Shown piece after piece: positions 18,448 to 27,400 of a DNA stretch of 28,725 nt. A program made the translations under genes and the position numbers. This DNA is from Promethearchaeota archaeon (GTDB taxonomy: Archaea; Asgardarchaeota; Lokiarchaeia; Sigyniarchaeales; SOKP01), in NCBI GenBank assembly GCA_019058015.1, contig JAHLWH010000193.1, positions 1-28,725 of the forward strand, read 5' to 3'. Position 1 is the first letter of the stretch, and each line of letters opens with the position of its first letter. Below the pieces are notes generated by a model. That model searched no databases. It was not told the DNA's origin and saw nothing but the letters and a program-made list of their open reading frames with translations.

Positions 18448-19242
18448 ATGAAATCAACAACATATTCTGAAAAAGTATTAGATCACTTTAGAAACCCAAG
18501 AAATATGGGAGAAATAGAAACTCCAGACGGTATGGGAAAAGTTGGAAATCCAGTATGCGGAGATCTTATGTGGATTTATATCAAGGTCGGTAAAAACGAA
18601 AAAGGCGAGGAAATAATAGAAGATATTAAGTTTAAAACATTTGGTTGTGGTTCTGCTGTGGCGACTTCTTCTATGATTACTGAAATGGCCAAGGGAAAAA
18701 CGCTTAACGAAGCGTATAAAATAACGAGATCTGATGTGGCAGAAGAACTCGATGGATTACCTCCGATTAAAATGCATTGTTCTAATTTGGCAGCTGATGC
18801 GCTTCAAGCAGCAATTCGTAATTATAGAGACGGTGCAAATCCAGAAGTTGATGTAATTACTGCTTGCCAATTAGAAGAAAAAAATATCATAGGTTTTAAT
18901 GAGTTTCTTGGTAAGGGAACTTATAAGAAAGCAGATAATTTATCAGAATTTAATGATGAAAGAGTGTTAATTGTAGATAACGGAGACAATTCATTAAAAC
19001 TCGCATTAGAATTAACAAAACATACTGGAAGAGTTGTAGTAGTCACTTACAGTAAAGCTACTCCTGGTAATGCAGAAATACAAGAAAAATTAAAAATATC
19101 TGATGTAAAAATTATATACCAATCTGAGCTTCTAGAAATAAATGGATTTGACGATGTAGAAAAGGTTATCATACACGATTTCGATGAAGATAATAATTAC
19201 GAGTTATTTGTGGATAAAGTAATATTACTTGAAGATAAATGA
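18448..19242 (+). CDS. iscU: IscU/NifU-type Fe-S scaffold fused to a degenerate thioredoxin-reductase NADPH-binding-like domain
   Basis: YSEKVLDHF.NPRN, GNPVCGD, FGCGSA, LPPIKMHCS. About 120 extra C-terminal residues (EFLGKG...RVLIVDNGDNSLKLALEL...EINGFDDVEKV...ELFVDKVIL). Confidence 0.9.
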   Translation: MKSTTYSEKVLDHFRNPRNMGEIETPDGMGKVGNPVCGDLMWIYIKVGKNEKGEEIIEDIKFKTFGCGSAVATSSMITEMAKGKTLNEAYKITRSDVAEELDGLPPIKMHCSNLAADALQAAIRNYRDGANPEVDVITACQLEEKNIIGFNEFLGKGTYKKADNLSEFNDERVLIVDNGDNSLKLALELTKHTGRVVVVTYSKATPGNAEIQEKLKISDVKIIYQSELLEINGFDDVEKVIIHDFDEDNNYELFVDKVILLEDK

Positions 19243-19361
19243 AATTATTTTTTTTTCATTTTTTTTATGAATTCCTAAAAATACATTCAATTCTCTTGAG
19301 AAACTTAAGTCTATTATTGTAAATAAACCATCAATTATTTCGATTATAATAAAGTTTTCTT

Positions 19362-20543
19362 TTAATTTTCAATTTCAAAAAAAATCTTCAAATGTGAATA
19401 TTTAGAATTAAGAAGATTTAGTACTTTTTCAGTAAAAGCTCTAAGATTTTTTGAATGTTGAAATCTAAAATCTCTTTGCTCTATTAAATAATCATGAATC
19501 ATTTTCCGAGTATTATCATGACCATGAGACGAAAGAAATTCAATCCAATGAATTGATATTCTACATATTCTCTCTAATTCGTTATCTGGATATTCAGAGT
19601 TATCAAGCATCATATAATGATATTTATTTATCGATTTTGCAACCCTTTCTAAGTGATCAGCAATTCCTAACGAATATCGACAAAGAGTTATCAAATTCGA
19701 AGTTGTTCGTGTATTTCTTGTATTAACGGCCTCCTCAAATGCAATCCAAGCATTAAGCCACTCTTCTTCTCTAAGCCTCTCTCCGCAATGTTTATAATCG
19801 CATCCATTAACTATGGCTACATTTATTAAATCACTAAGGTCAACATCATGACCTCTTTTTATTTTTTTGCTAAAAATTTCCTTTAGGCTTGTACCTTCAA
19901 GATAAGCTCCTGACCCGAAATCCAATAATAAGTTTATATCATTTGCTGCAATAAGCTTATTTGCTTCCCTTTCATTTCTAATAAGATTGACCCACTGAAT
20001 TTGTTTTTCCCATTCTTTTGTATCTGATATCCTTTTCCAACCATTTTCTTTTAACACGTGCTCATATAAATCCATTTTGAAAATCCAGAAGTCAATATCA
20101 TCAGTAAATCTTTTTCTTCTCCAATCTCTCGTAGCATATTTGCCTAAATATAATTTTAAAGTCCCTCTAACCAATGCATATTTACCATTTTCTAATGTTT
20201 TACGCGCATCTTCATAAAATTTATCGTTAGGGTCATTAGCGATTTCTACTATTTTATTTAAAATTATTCTTGTTTCCTTAGCAACTATATCACAAGGTAT
20301 GCTTCCATCGGATGGATAGTGCCTTGAACCTCCGTTTAAAAATTTCTCGAATAATTCAATATTATCATCAGGGATGACATACCACGGATTATTAAATAAA
20401 ACTTTACTGAATACATAATGCGTGAAACCGTTTTCATCCTTTCCTGTTTTGCCAGTTAAAGGCGAAACATCTCTATTATTATCTCCTCTTTTCACAACAT
20501 CGGATTTAACATCCCAAATACCATTCATAACTTTTAATTCCAT
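19362..20543 (-). CDS. Hypothetical protein with a putative nucleotidyltransferase (AbiEii/Pol-beta-like) motif
   Basis: [10 protein letters not shown]...RFTDDIDFW (RxTxDxD) and [13 protein letters not shown]. Overlaps the yyaL stop. Start could be 20528. Confidence 0.6.
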   Translation of the reverse strand: MELKVMNGIWDVKSDVVKRGDNNRDVSPLTGKTGKDENGFTHYVFSKVLFNNPWYVIPDDNIELFEKFLNGGSRHYPSDGSIPCDIVAKETRIILNKIVEIANDPNDKFYEDARKTLENGKYALVRGTLKLYLGKYATRDWRRKRFTDDIDFWIFKMDLYEHVLKENGWKRISDTKEWEKQIQWVNLIRNEREANKLIAANDINLLLDFGSGAYLEGTSLKEIFSKKIKRGHDVDLSDLINVAIVNGCDYKHCGERLREEEWLNAWIAFEEAVNTRNTRTTSNLITLCRYSLGIADHLERVAKSINKYHYMMLDNSEYPDNELERICRISIHWIEFLSSHGHDNTRKMIHDYLIEQRDFRFQHSKNLRAFTEKVLNLLNSKYSHLKIFFEIEN

Positions 20544-22672
20544 CTTGGATTAATAAGTTTTAACAATTCATTGACATCTGTTATTGGGGGTTTACAAGTT
20601 TTATTTGTGCATATATAAGCAGTAGTTTTATTATCTATTTTATTGTAATTATGGATATAATTTATAAATACATCAATTTCTGGAGGAACCTGTTTGATAT
20701 TTCTCTGAATTAATGATATATTTGGGAGAAATTGATTATGAATATATGCTAACATTTCTTGCGTATTAATTTCTTCAGCATCCCCAACAATTACTATTGT
20801 AAAGGTTGGACCAACGCTAAAATCAACTGCAACCATTAATTGAGTATGCGCAATCGGTGAATTATTAACTCGTTCAGCAAAAACTTTACTTAAAATATCC
20901 GCTTTTTCTTCTAAATCGTGATCTCCAGTTAAATAACTCAATCTCAATAAATTTAACATAGCTACAGAATTTCCTGATGGGATTGCTCCATCGTAGATCT
21001 CTTTCTGACGAGTTAAAAGTGTCTCACCATCATTGGCTGTAAAAAAGAAACCACCTATTGAATCATCCCAAAAATGATCTATTACTTCTTTATTTAATTC
21101 CAGAGCAGTCTTAAGAAAAGTAACTTCTAAACTAGTTTCATATAATTCAATAAATCCCCATATTAAGAAGGTATAATCATTTAGGTAAGCATCAATTTTA
21201 GCATCTCCTTCTCTATATCGATGTAATAATCTATTGTTTGGTTTCCGCATATTTGAAAGTATAAAATTTGCCGCTTTTTTTGCCACATTTAAATAAATAG
21301 AATCGCCAAAAATTTGATATCCTTTAGCAAATGCAGCAATCATTAATCCATTCCAATCAGCTAATATCTTATCATCTTTATGGGGATGAACTCGTTCATC
21401 TCTAATTTTGAATAATTTTTCGCGAATTTTTTCAATCCTAAATCTTAAATCCTTTTCAGAAATGTTTAATTCTTTAGAAAGGTTGGTCAATGAATCTTTA
21501 AGATGCAATATATTATGACTTGTCTTTTTTTTTGTTGTTTCTTCTAAATAATTTCCTTGATTTTTTAAATTAAATATTTTTCTTGCTAATTCTTCTTCTT
21601 CCTCTTCAAGTATTTGTTGGAATTCTTCAATAGTCCATACATAAAACTTTCCTTCTTTACCCTCACTATCAGCATCCTCAGCTGAATAAAATCCCCCCTC
21701 AGGTGAAGTCATATCACGTAAGACATAAGTAAAAATTTCTTTAGCTGTATTTGCGTATTCATTTTTTTTAGTTGCTTGGTAAGCTTCTGTATAAGCAATT
21801 GCCAATAAAGCTTGATCGTAGAGCATCTTTTCAAAATGGGGAACAAGCCAAACTGGATCTGTAGAATATCGATGAAAACCAAATCCGATATGATCATAAA
21901 TACCACCAAGCCTCATTTTTTGAAGGGTATTTTCAACCATCTCTAAAGCTTCTTTATTTCCAGTACGCTTCCAAAATCTTAAAAGAAAGAGAAGATTATG
22001 TGGAGTAGGAAATTTGGGAGCGTTGTTGAAACCTCCATTTTTATTATCATATTGACTCAATAATTGGTTATAAGCTTTTTTAATGGTTTTTTCGTTAAGT
22101 TTATCTCCGGGCGATTTAAAATCTAAATTTTGTAAAGAAAAAGCAATTTGATCTGCAGATCTTAACACATCGTTTTTTTGTATTTTCCAAAGCTCTTTTA
22201 TTTTTAATATGAGTTCTATCAAACCTATTCGACCAAATCTCCTTTCTTTAGGAAAATAGGTTCCAGCAAAAAATGGTTTTTTATCAGGAGTTAAAAATAA
22301 CGTAAGTGGCCATCCCCCTTGACCTGTCATCATTTGACATATAGTCATATAGATCTTATCAATATCAGGTCGCTCTTCTCTGTCAACTTTAATTGAAACA
22401 AAGATTTCGTTCATTAATTCTGCCACTGCTGTATCTTCAAACGACTCATGTGCCATAACATGACACCAATGGCAAGTAGAATATCCAATTGATAAGAATA
22501 TTGGCTTATTTTCTTTTCGTGCCTTTTCAAATGCTTCTTTTCCCCATGGATACCAATTAACAGGATTTTCAGCATGTTGAAGTAAATAAGGACTTTTCTC
22601 ATTTATTAGTTTATTATGTGTAATTTCATCATTTTGAGATGAATTTTTTTTTTCCAACAATCTTTTATCCAT
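20534..22672 (-). CDS. YyaL/SPATA20-like thioredoxin-domain plus alpha/alpha-barrel protein (DUF255)
   Basis: [53 protein letters not shown]. Confidence 0.93.
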   Translation of the reverse strand: MDKRLLEKKNSSQNDEITHNKLINEKSPYLLQHAENPVNWYPWGKEAFEKARKENKPIFLSIGYSTCHWCHVMAHESFEDTAVAELMNEIFVSIKVDREERPDIDKIYMTICQMMTGQGGWPLTLFLTPDKKPFFAGTYFPKERRFGRIGLIELILKIKELWKIQKNDVLRSADQIAFSLQNLDFKSPGDKLNEKTIKKAYNQLLSQYDNKNGGFNNAPKFPTPHNLLFLLRFWKRTGNKEALEMVENTLQKMRLGGIYDHIGFGFHRYSTDPVWLVPHFEKMLYDQALLAIAYTEAYQATKKNEYANTAKEIFTYVLRDMTSPEGGFYSAEDADSEGKEGKFYVWTIEEFQQILEEEEEELARKIFNLKNQGNYLEETTKKKTSHNILHLKDSLTNLSKELNISEKDLRFRIEKIREKLFKIRDERVHPHKDDKILADWNGLMIAAFAKGYQIFGDSIYLNVAKKAANFILSNMRKPNNRLLHRYREGDAKIDAYLNDYTFLIWGFIELYETSLEVTFLKTALELNKEVIDHFWDDSIGGFFFTANDGETLLTRQKEIYDGAIPSGNSVAMLNLLRLSYLTGDHDLEEKADILSKVFAERVNNSPIAHTQLMVAVDFSVGPTFTIVIVGDAEEINTQEMLAYIHNQFLPNISLIQRNIKQVPPEIDVFINYIHNYNKIDNKTTAYICTNKTCKPPITDVNELLKLINPRWN

Positions 22673-22690
22673 TTTTTAATCTCTTAAAAA

Positions 22691-23260
22691 CTATTTTTCC
22701 TTACTTGGGTCATATTTATTAATATGTACAAAATCATCGATTGATTTTCTCGGAGGGCGTTGTTTTTCTCCCAATTTCATACTTTCAGAAAGAATAGGAT
22801 TTATTTCTTTAGAATGTTTCCCAATATTCACAAGTGTAATTAATCTCATTTCTTCCGGAAGATCTAGAATTTTCTTGACCTTCTCTTCATTAAAACCTGC
22901 AATTGGATGCGCAACCAACCCAAGTTCAGTAGCTCTTAATATAATAAAAGCTGTAGCCATGCCAGTATCAAAAAGATAATAAAATCTTTCTCCGATTATA
23001 CAATCATTTTTAGGATTGCTAAATATACCAATTATCATAGATACTTTTTCAACCCATTTATTTCCCGTTGTTAATGTCGTAAATAATTTTTCTAACACTT
23101 TCTTATCACGAATAAAAATAAATCTCCACGGTTGTTTGTTCATACAAGATGGAGCCAATTGTGCAGATTCTGCAAGATCTTGTATTATTTCATCAGAAAT
23201 TTTAATAGGATCAAGAGATCTATACGCTCTTCTTTTATTTATTGCCTCTTTTACATCCAT
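22691..23260 (-). CDS. Nitroreductase family flavoprotein
   Basis: RRAYRS, APSCMNKQPWRF, DTGMA...LRATELGL. ATG at 23260 follows a GGAGG ribosome-binding site (the track starts at TTG 23275). Confidence 0.9.
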   Translation of the reverse strand: MDVKEAINKRRAYRSLDPIKISDEIIQDLAESAQLAPSCMNKQPWRFIFIRDKKVLEKLFTTLTTGNKWVEKVSMIIGIFSNPKNDCIIGERFYYLFDTGMATAFIILRATELGLVAHPIAGFNEEKVKKILDLPEEMRLITLVNIGKHSKEINPILSESMKLGEKQRPPRKSIDDFVHINKYDPSKEK

Positions 23261-23460
23261 TTTAGGAACCTCCAAATTTATTTAATATAAAATTAAATTA
23301 TTTTAAATATCCTTTTTGAAACCATTAACATAATTATTATGATTTGGTGTTCTTTAACTTATTTTAAATTAAAGGTTATTTTCAATTAAATATTTAAAGC
23401 ATTTAACTAAAATAAGGAACAATTATGTTGAAATTATTAATAAAAAATAAAATTTCGATT

Positions 23461-24303
23461 CTACTCAATATTTAATATTTTTTTTATTTTATTTATTCTC
23501 TCGTCTCTATACTGCCTTTTCTCTACTGGGTTATGATCACCATATAATAATTCACAAAAAGTTGGTTTCTCAGTTCTATAAAATATTCCAATAAATAATT
23601 TATCTTTATTCTTTGCATATAATTTTGCTTCTTCAATGCTTTTAGGAATATCATCAAGTTCTTCAACAATTTCGTTGTATAATTTATAAGTATTATTATA
23701 GCTAACACAAGGTTGTAGAACTTCTAAGAAAGAAAAACCCTTATGTTCTATCGCTTGAACCATCATATCTGTAAGGTGCTGTATTTTCGCTGTATAGGAC
23801 CTAGCAACGAAGGTAGCTCCTGCTTCCAAAACTAAAGATATAGCATTAAAAGGTTCTTCAACGCTTCCCTTGGGCGTGGAAGGTCCTTTCCAACCTCTTT
23901 CAGTAATCGGCGTATATTGTCCCGTTGTTAAAGCGTAAACACCGTTGTTGTGCATAATTATTGTTACATCTGCGTTCCGTTTTGCAGCAAATAGTAAATG
24001 CGTTAAACCTTCGCCCATTGCATTTCCATCTCCTGAGAATGTGATTGTTTTTAAATTTGGATTGGCAAATTGAATTCCCTCTATTGTAGCTAAATCTCTT
24101 CCATGTAATGAATAAATACCGCTGAGATTAAGATAATCAAAGATTTTTGCGCTACAACCAATACCAGAAGCAATTAAAATATTATTTTGTGAAATTCCTT
24201 TTTCTTCAAGCTCAATAATTGCTTTCTTGAAAGCATTTAAAATTCCAAAATTACCACAACCTAGGCACCAGGTATTTTCGACACTAGTTCCTAATTTCAC
24301 CAT
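23461..24303 (-). CDS. korB: 2-oxoacid:ferredoxin oxidoreductase beta subunit
   Basis: TWCLGCG, SGIGCS, LHGR, TPP motif GDG...NN, YALTTGQ, QPC. The ATG at 24303 is 1 nt after the korA stop. Confidence 0.92.
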   Translation of the reverse strand: MVKLGTSVENTWCLGCGNFGILNAFKKAIIELEEKGISQNNILIASGIGCSAKIFDYLNLSGIYSLHGRDLATIEGIQFANPNLKTITFSGDGNAMGEGLTHLLFAAKRNADVTIIMHNNGVYALTTGQYTPITERGWKGPSTPKGSVEEPFNAISLVLEAGATFVARSYTAKIQHLTDMMVQAIEHKGFSFLEVLQPCVSYNNTYKLYNEIVEELDDIPKSIEEAKLYAKNKDKLFIGIFYRTEKPTFCELLYGDHNPVEKRQYRDERINKIKKILNIE

Positions 24304-24304
24304 T

Positions 24305-25963
24305 TTATGCCACATCCTTAATTTTTTTAGATAATTTTATTGGGTCGAAAGGTCTTCCATCGTATTGCTTTATTACTTTTTTTAATTGAATATTCATATT
24401 TTCTTTAAGTAAATTAGCAAATTGACCTATAGCACTTTGCTCTATAACAATAACTTCTTGGTCTTTAAATTTTTCAAGCTCCCAAATGGGCAATGGACTC
24501 AAAAAAATTGGTTGTACAACTCTAGCCTCAATATTACCATACTTTAATGCTTCTAATACGCTCATCACCGTTGAACCATATGTAATTATTATTGGCCCCT
24601 TATCCCCAAAAATATTTATTGTTTTTTTTTTCCTAAGGTAATTTTCTAATGATTTAAACTTTTTATTTCGTTTATTATGCATCCTTTTAATCCATCGAGG
24701 ATCTTCAGTTGTAAATCCAAACTCATCATGTTCATAACTATTCCATTTGAGTATTTCCTTTGCTGGTGGAAATAATAAGGGGGATATTCCATCCTCTGTA
24801 TCGAAATATCTTTTATATTCTCCATCTTTATGAAGCAGTGGTTCAGCCCAAATAGTGTCATTTAAATTTATATCGACTGTTATACTACTCTCTGATAAAT
24901 GTTTTTCTGTGAGTAATATTCCAGGAGTTTGAAACTTCCATACTAAATCCAACATTTGAGCTGTAAGAAAAAATGCCTCCTCTATAGTTCCTGGAGAAGC
25001 AACGATGCGTAAAAATTCCCCATGACCCGCATTTAAAGCAAAATTTAAATCTCCTTGTTCTGTATAAGTGGGAACGCCCGTAGCTGGTCCAGGTCTCATG
25101 GATAATACAATTAATACAGGTGATTCGATTATTCCACCTAATGAAATTCCCTCAGCCAGCAAAGAAAAACCTCCGCCGCTAGAACCAACCATTGTCCTCG
25201 CTCCAGTAAAGGTTGATCCTATAGCCATATTTATTACTGCTATTTCATTTTCGGGATGTATAACTGCAAGTCCAAAATCATCTGCTATAGCAGCAAGATA
25301 ATGTAGGATGGATGTGGCTGGTGTCATAGGATAAGCGTAATAACAATCTAATCCACCTGCTATTGCTCCTAATGCTATTGCTTGATTTCCCAAGATATTC
25401 GGTCTTTTTTTAGATCCTCCCTCTAATTGGAATTTTCCTCCAATTATGGGATAGACAATATCATAAATAATATTGGCATAAGAAATATTCTCTTTAACAC
25501 CTTTAGAATATTCATTCTTTATTAATGCATTTAACTCTGTTTTATTAACGCCAATTGTCGCCCCTAATATAGCAATAGCACCAACTCCAAGCATTAGATT
25601 AGGATTAGGAAATTTTTTTGCTTCGCTAGTTAAAGAAATACCTATACCATCCATATCTCCTTTAATATCAGAATTATAGACCATTAAACCTCCTTCAGAA
25701 AGGTGGTCTATATGATTATCATAGCTTCTTTTATCAAGATTAACTATAAGATCAGCTTTCATATAATGACTACTAATCCATCTAGTAGAAGTACTAACAA
25801 CCGAGAAATTATGTCCTCCTTTTATTAAACTCATATAATCATCCATTTGAAATACAAAACGACTCTTATTTATAAAAAGTTGAGAAGCAACTGAACCTGC
25901 TTTTTTAACACCTTGACCAGCTTTACCCCCAACTATAAATGTGAATACATTCTTTTCCGTAAT
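24305..25963 (-). CDS. korA: 2-oxoacid:ferredoxin oxidoreductase alpha subunit (gamma-alpha fused type), probable ATT start
   Basis: YPMTPAT, ENEIA, SSGGGF, RPGPATG.PT..EQGD. The conserved N-terminal VGGKAGQGV motif lies in frame upstream of the first ATG (25846). An ATT at 25963 sits 7 nt after AGGTG. Confidence 0.88.
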   Translation of the reverse strand: MTEKNVFTFIVGGKAGQGVKKAGSVASQLFINKSRFVFQMDDYMSLIKGGHNFSVVSTSTRWISSHYMKADLIVNLDKRSYDNHIDHLSEGGLMVYNSDIKGDMDGIGISLTSEAKKFPNPNLMLGVGAIAILGATIGVNKTELNALIKNEYSKGVKENISYANIIYDIVYPIIGGKFQLEGGSKKRPNILGNQAIALGAIAGGLDCYYAYPMTPATSILHYLAAIADDFGLAVIHPENEIAVINMAIGSTFTGARTMVGSSGGGFSLLAEGISLGGIIESPVLIVLSMRPGPATGVPTYTEQGDLNFALNAGHGEFLRIVASPGTIEEAFFLTAQMLDLVWKFQTPGILLTEKHLSESSITVDINLNDTIWAEPLLHKDGEYKRYFDTEDGISPLLFPPAKEILKWNSYEHDEFGFTTEDPRWIKRMHNKRNKKFKSLENYLRKKKTINIFGDKGPIIITYGSTVMSVLEALKYGNIEARVVQPIFLSPLPIWELEKFKDQEVIVIEQSAIGQFANLLKENMNIQLKKVIKQYDGRPFDPIKLSKKIKDVA

Positions 25964-25987
25964 TTTAACGCACCTATAAGAAGATAA

Positions 25988-27388
25988 TCATAATTTTACA
26001 AACTTATCTTTTGAAACTCCACATACTGGACAATGCCAATCATCTGGAATTTCTTTAAATGGAGTTCCTGGAGAGATTCCACTATCTGGATCACCTTTTA
26101 CAGGATCATAAATATATCCACACACTGTACATCTATATTTTCCTCCCAGTTCCTCACTAGTTTTTAATGAAATTGGCGAAATTTCAACTTCTTCTTCTCT
26201 TTCTGCCTCAATTTTTGGGAGTTCAAATAAATTGGGCATTCTATGTTTATATTGTTTCATCACAAATCTTGAAATGATTATTCTTTGGATTTCTGAGGTG
26301 CCTTCGTAAATTTGAAATAGTTTTGCATCTCTGAATAACTTTTCTAATGGGTATGTTTTAATATAACCGTAACCTCCCATTATTTGAATAGCTTCAGTAG
26401 CTACTTGCATAGCAACATCCGAGGCAAAAGCTTTTGCACATGCTGCACTTAATGTATTATCTAACCCTTGATCTGTCTCCCATGCTGATTTATGGGTTAA
26501 TAATCGACTAGCTTCAATATTTTTATACATTTCTGCAATTTTAAACTGAATAGCTTGATAATTTGCTATTGACCTTCCGAAAGTCTCTCTTTTTTTTGCA
26601 TAATCAATCACATATTCCATAGCGGACCTTGCTAAACCAGTAGCAAAACCTCCTATAGCTGGACGAGTATGAGCAAATGTTTGCATTGCTAAAACAAAAC
26701 CTCTCCCTGGAGGAGCTAATACATTTTCTTTTGGAATTCTCAAATTTTTTAAAACCACCGAAGTAGTATTTGATGCTCTATGCCCCAATTTAGGAATTGG
26801 TTTTCCTATTTTAACTCCCTCTAAATCAGTTGGTACAATAAAAGCACATATTCCTTTATGTTTTTTTGCTGGATCCACTGTTGCAAATAGAGAAATATAT
26901 TTTGCATAACCTGCATTGGTAATCCAATACTTTGTACCATTTAAAATATAATCTTCTCCATCTTTTTGAGCTCGACAATTAATTCCAGCAACATCAGAAC
27001 CCATTTCAGGTTCAGAGGTGGCAAAAGAAATTAAAGTAAATTTTTTTACTAATTCTCCTAATATTCTATCTTTCTGTTCTTCATTACCTCCTAAAATTAT
27101 TGGCTCTGCTCCCAAATTATTTGCGAATATGGATGTTGCGAATCCGGGACAAGCCGCAGCAATTTCCTCAACAACTACTACAGATTCTAAAAGACCATAA
27201 CCAGGTCCCCCATATTTTTTTGGAATTACTAAATTCACTAAACCTGCCTTATAAGCTTTCTCAATAATTTCAATTGGAAATTTCCCATGTTCATCGTAAC
27301 TAGCTGCTACTGGCAAGATTTCCTTAATTGCAAATTCCTGTGCTTTTTTTTGCAATTCTTTTTGAGTGTCTGTTAAATGAAAATCCAT
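25988..27388 (-). CDS. Acyl-CoA dehydrogenase with a C-terminal rubredoxin domain
   Basis: [34 protein letters not shown] and catalytic IYEGT. The last 50 aa form a full rubredoxin ([10 protein letters not shown]...W.CPVCG). Confidence 0.93.
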   Translation of the reverse strand: MDFHLTDTQKELQKKAQEFAIKEILPVAASYDEHGKFPIEIIEKAYKAGLVNLVIPKKYGGPGYGLLESVVVVEEIAAACPGFATSIFANNLGAEPIILGGNEEQKDRILGELVKKFTLISFATSEPEMGSDVAGINCRAQKDGEDYILNGTKYWITNAGYAKYISLFATVDPAKKHKGICAFIVPTDLEGVKIGKPIPKLGHRASNTTSVVLKNLRIPKENVLAPPGRGFVLAMQTFAHTRPAIGGFATGLARSAMEYVIDYAKKRETFGRSIANYQAIQFKIAEMYKNIEASRLLTHKSAWETDQGLDNTLSAACAKAFASDVAMQVATEAIQIMGGYGYIKTYPLEKLFRDAKLFQIYEGTSEIQRIIISRFVMKQYKHRMPNLFELPKIEAEREEEVEISPISLKTSEELGGKYRCTVCGYIYDPVKGDPDSGISPGTPFKEIPDDWHCPVCGVSKDKFVKL

Positions 27389-27400
27389 ATCTTAAAACCT

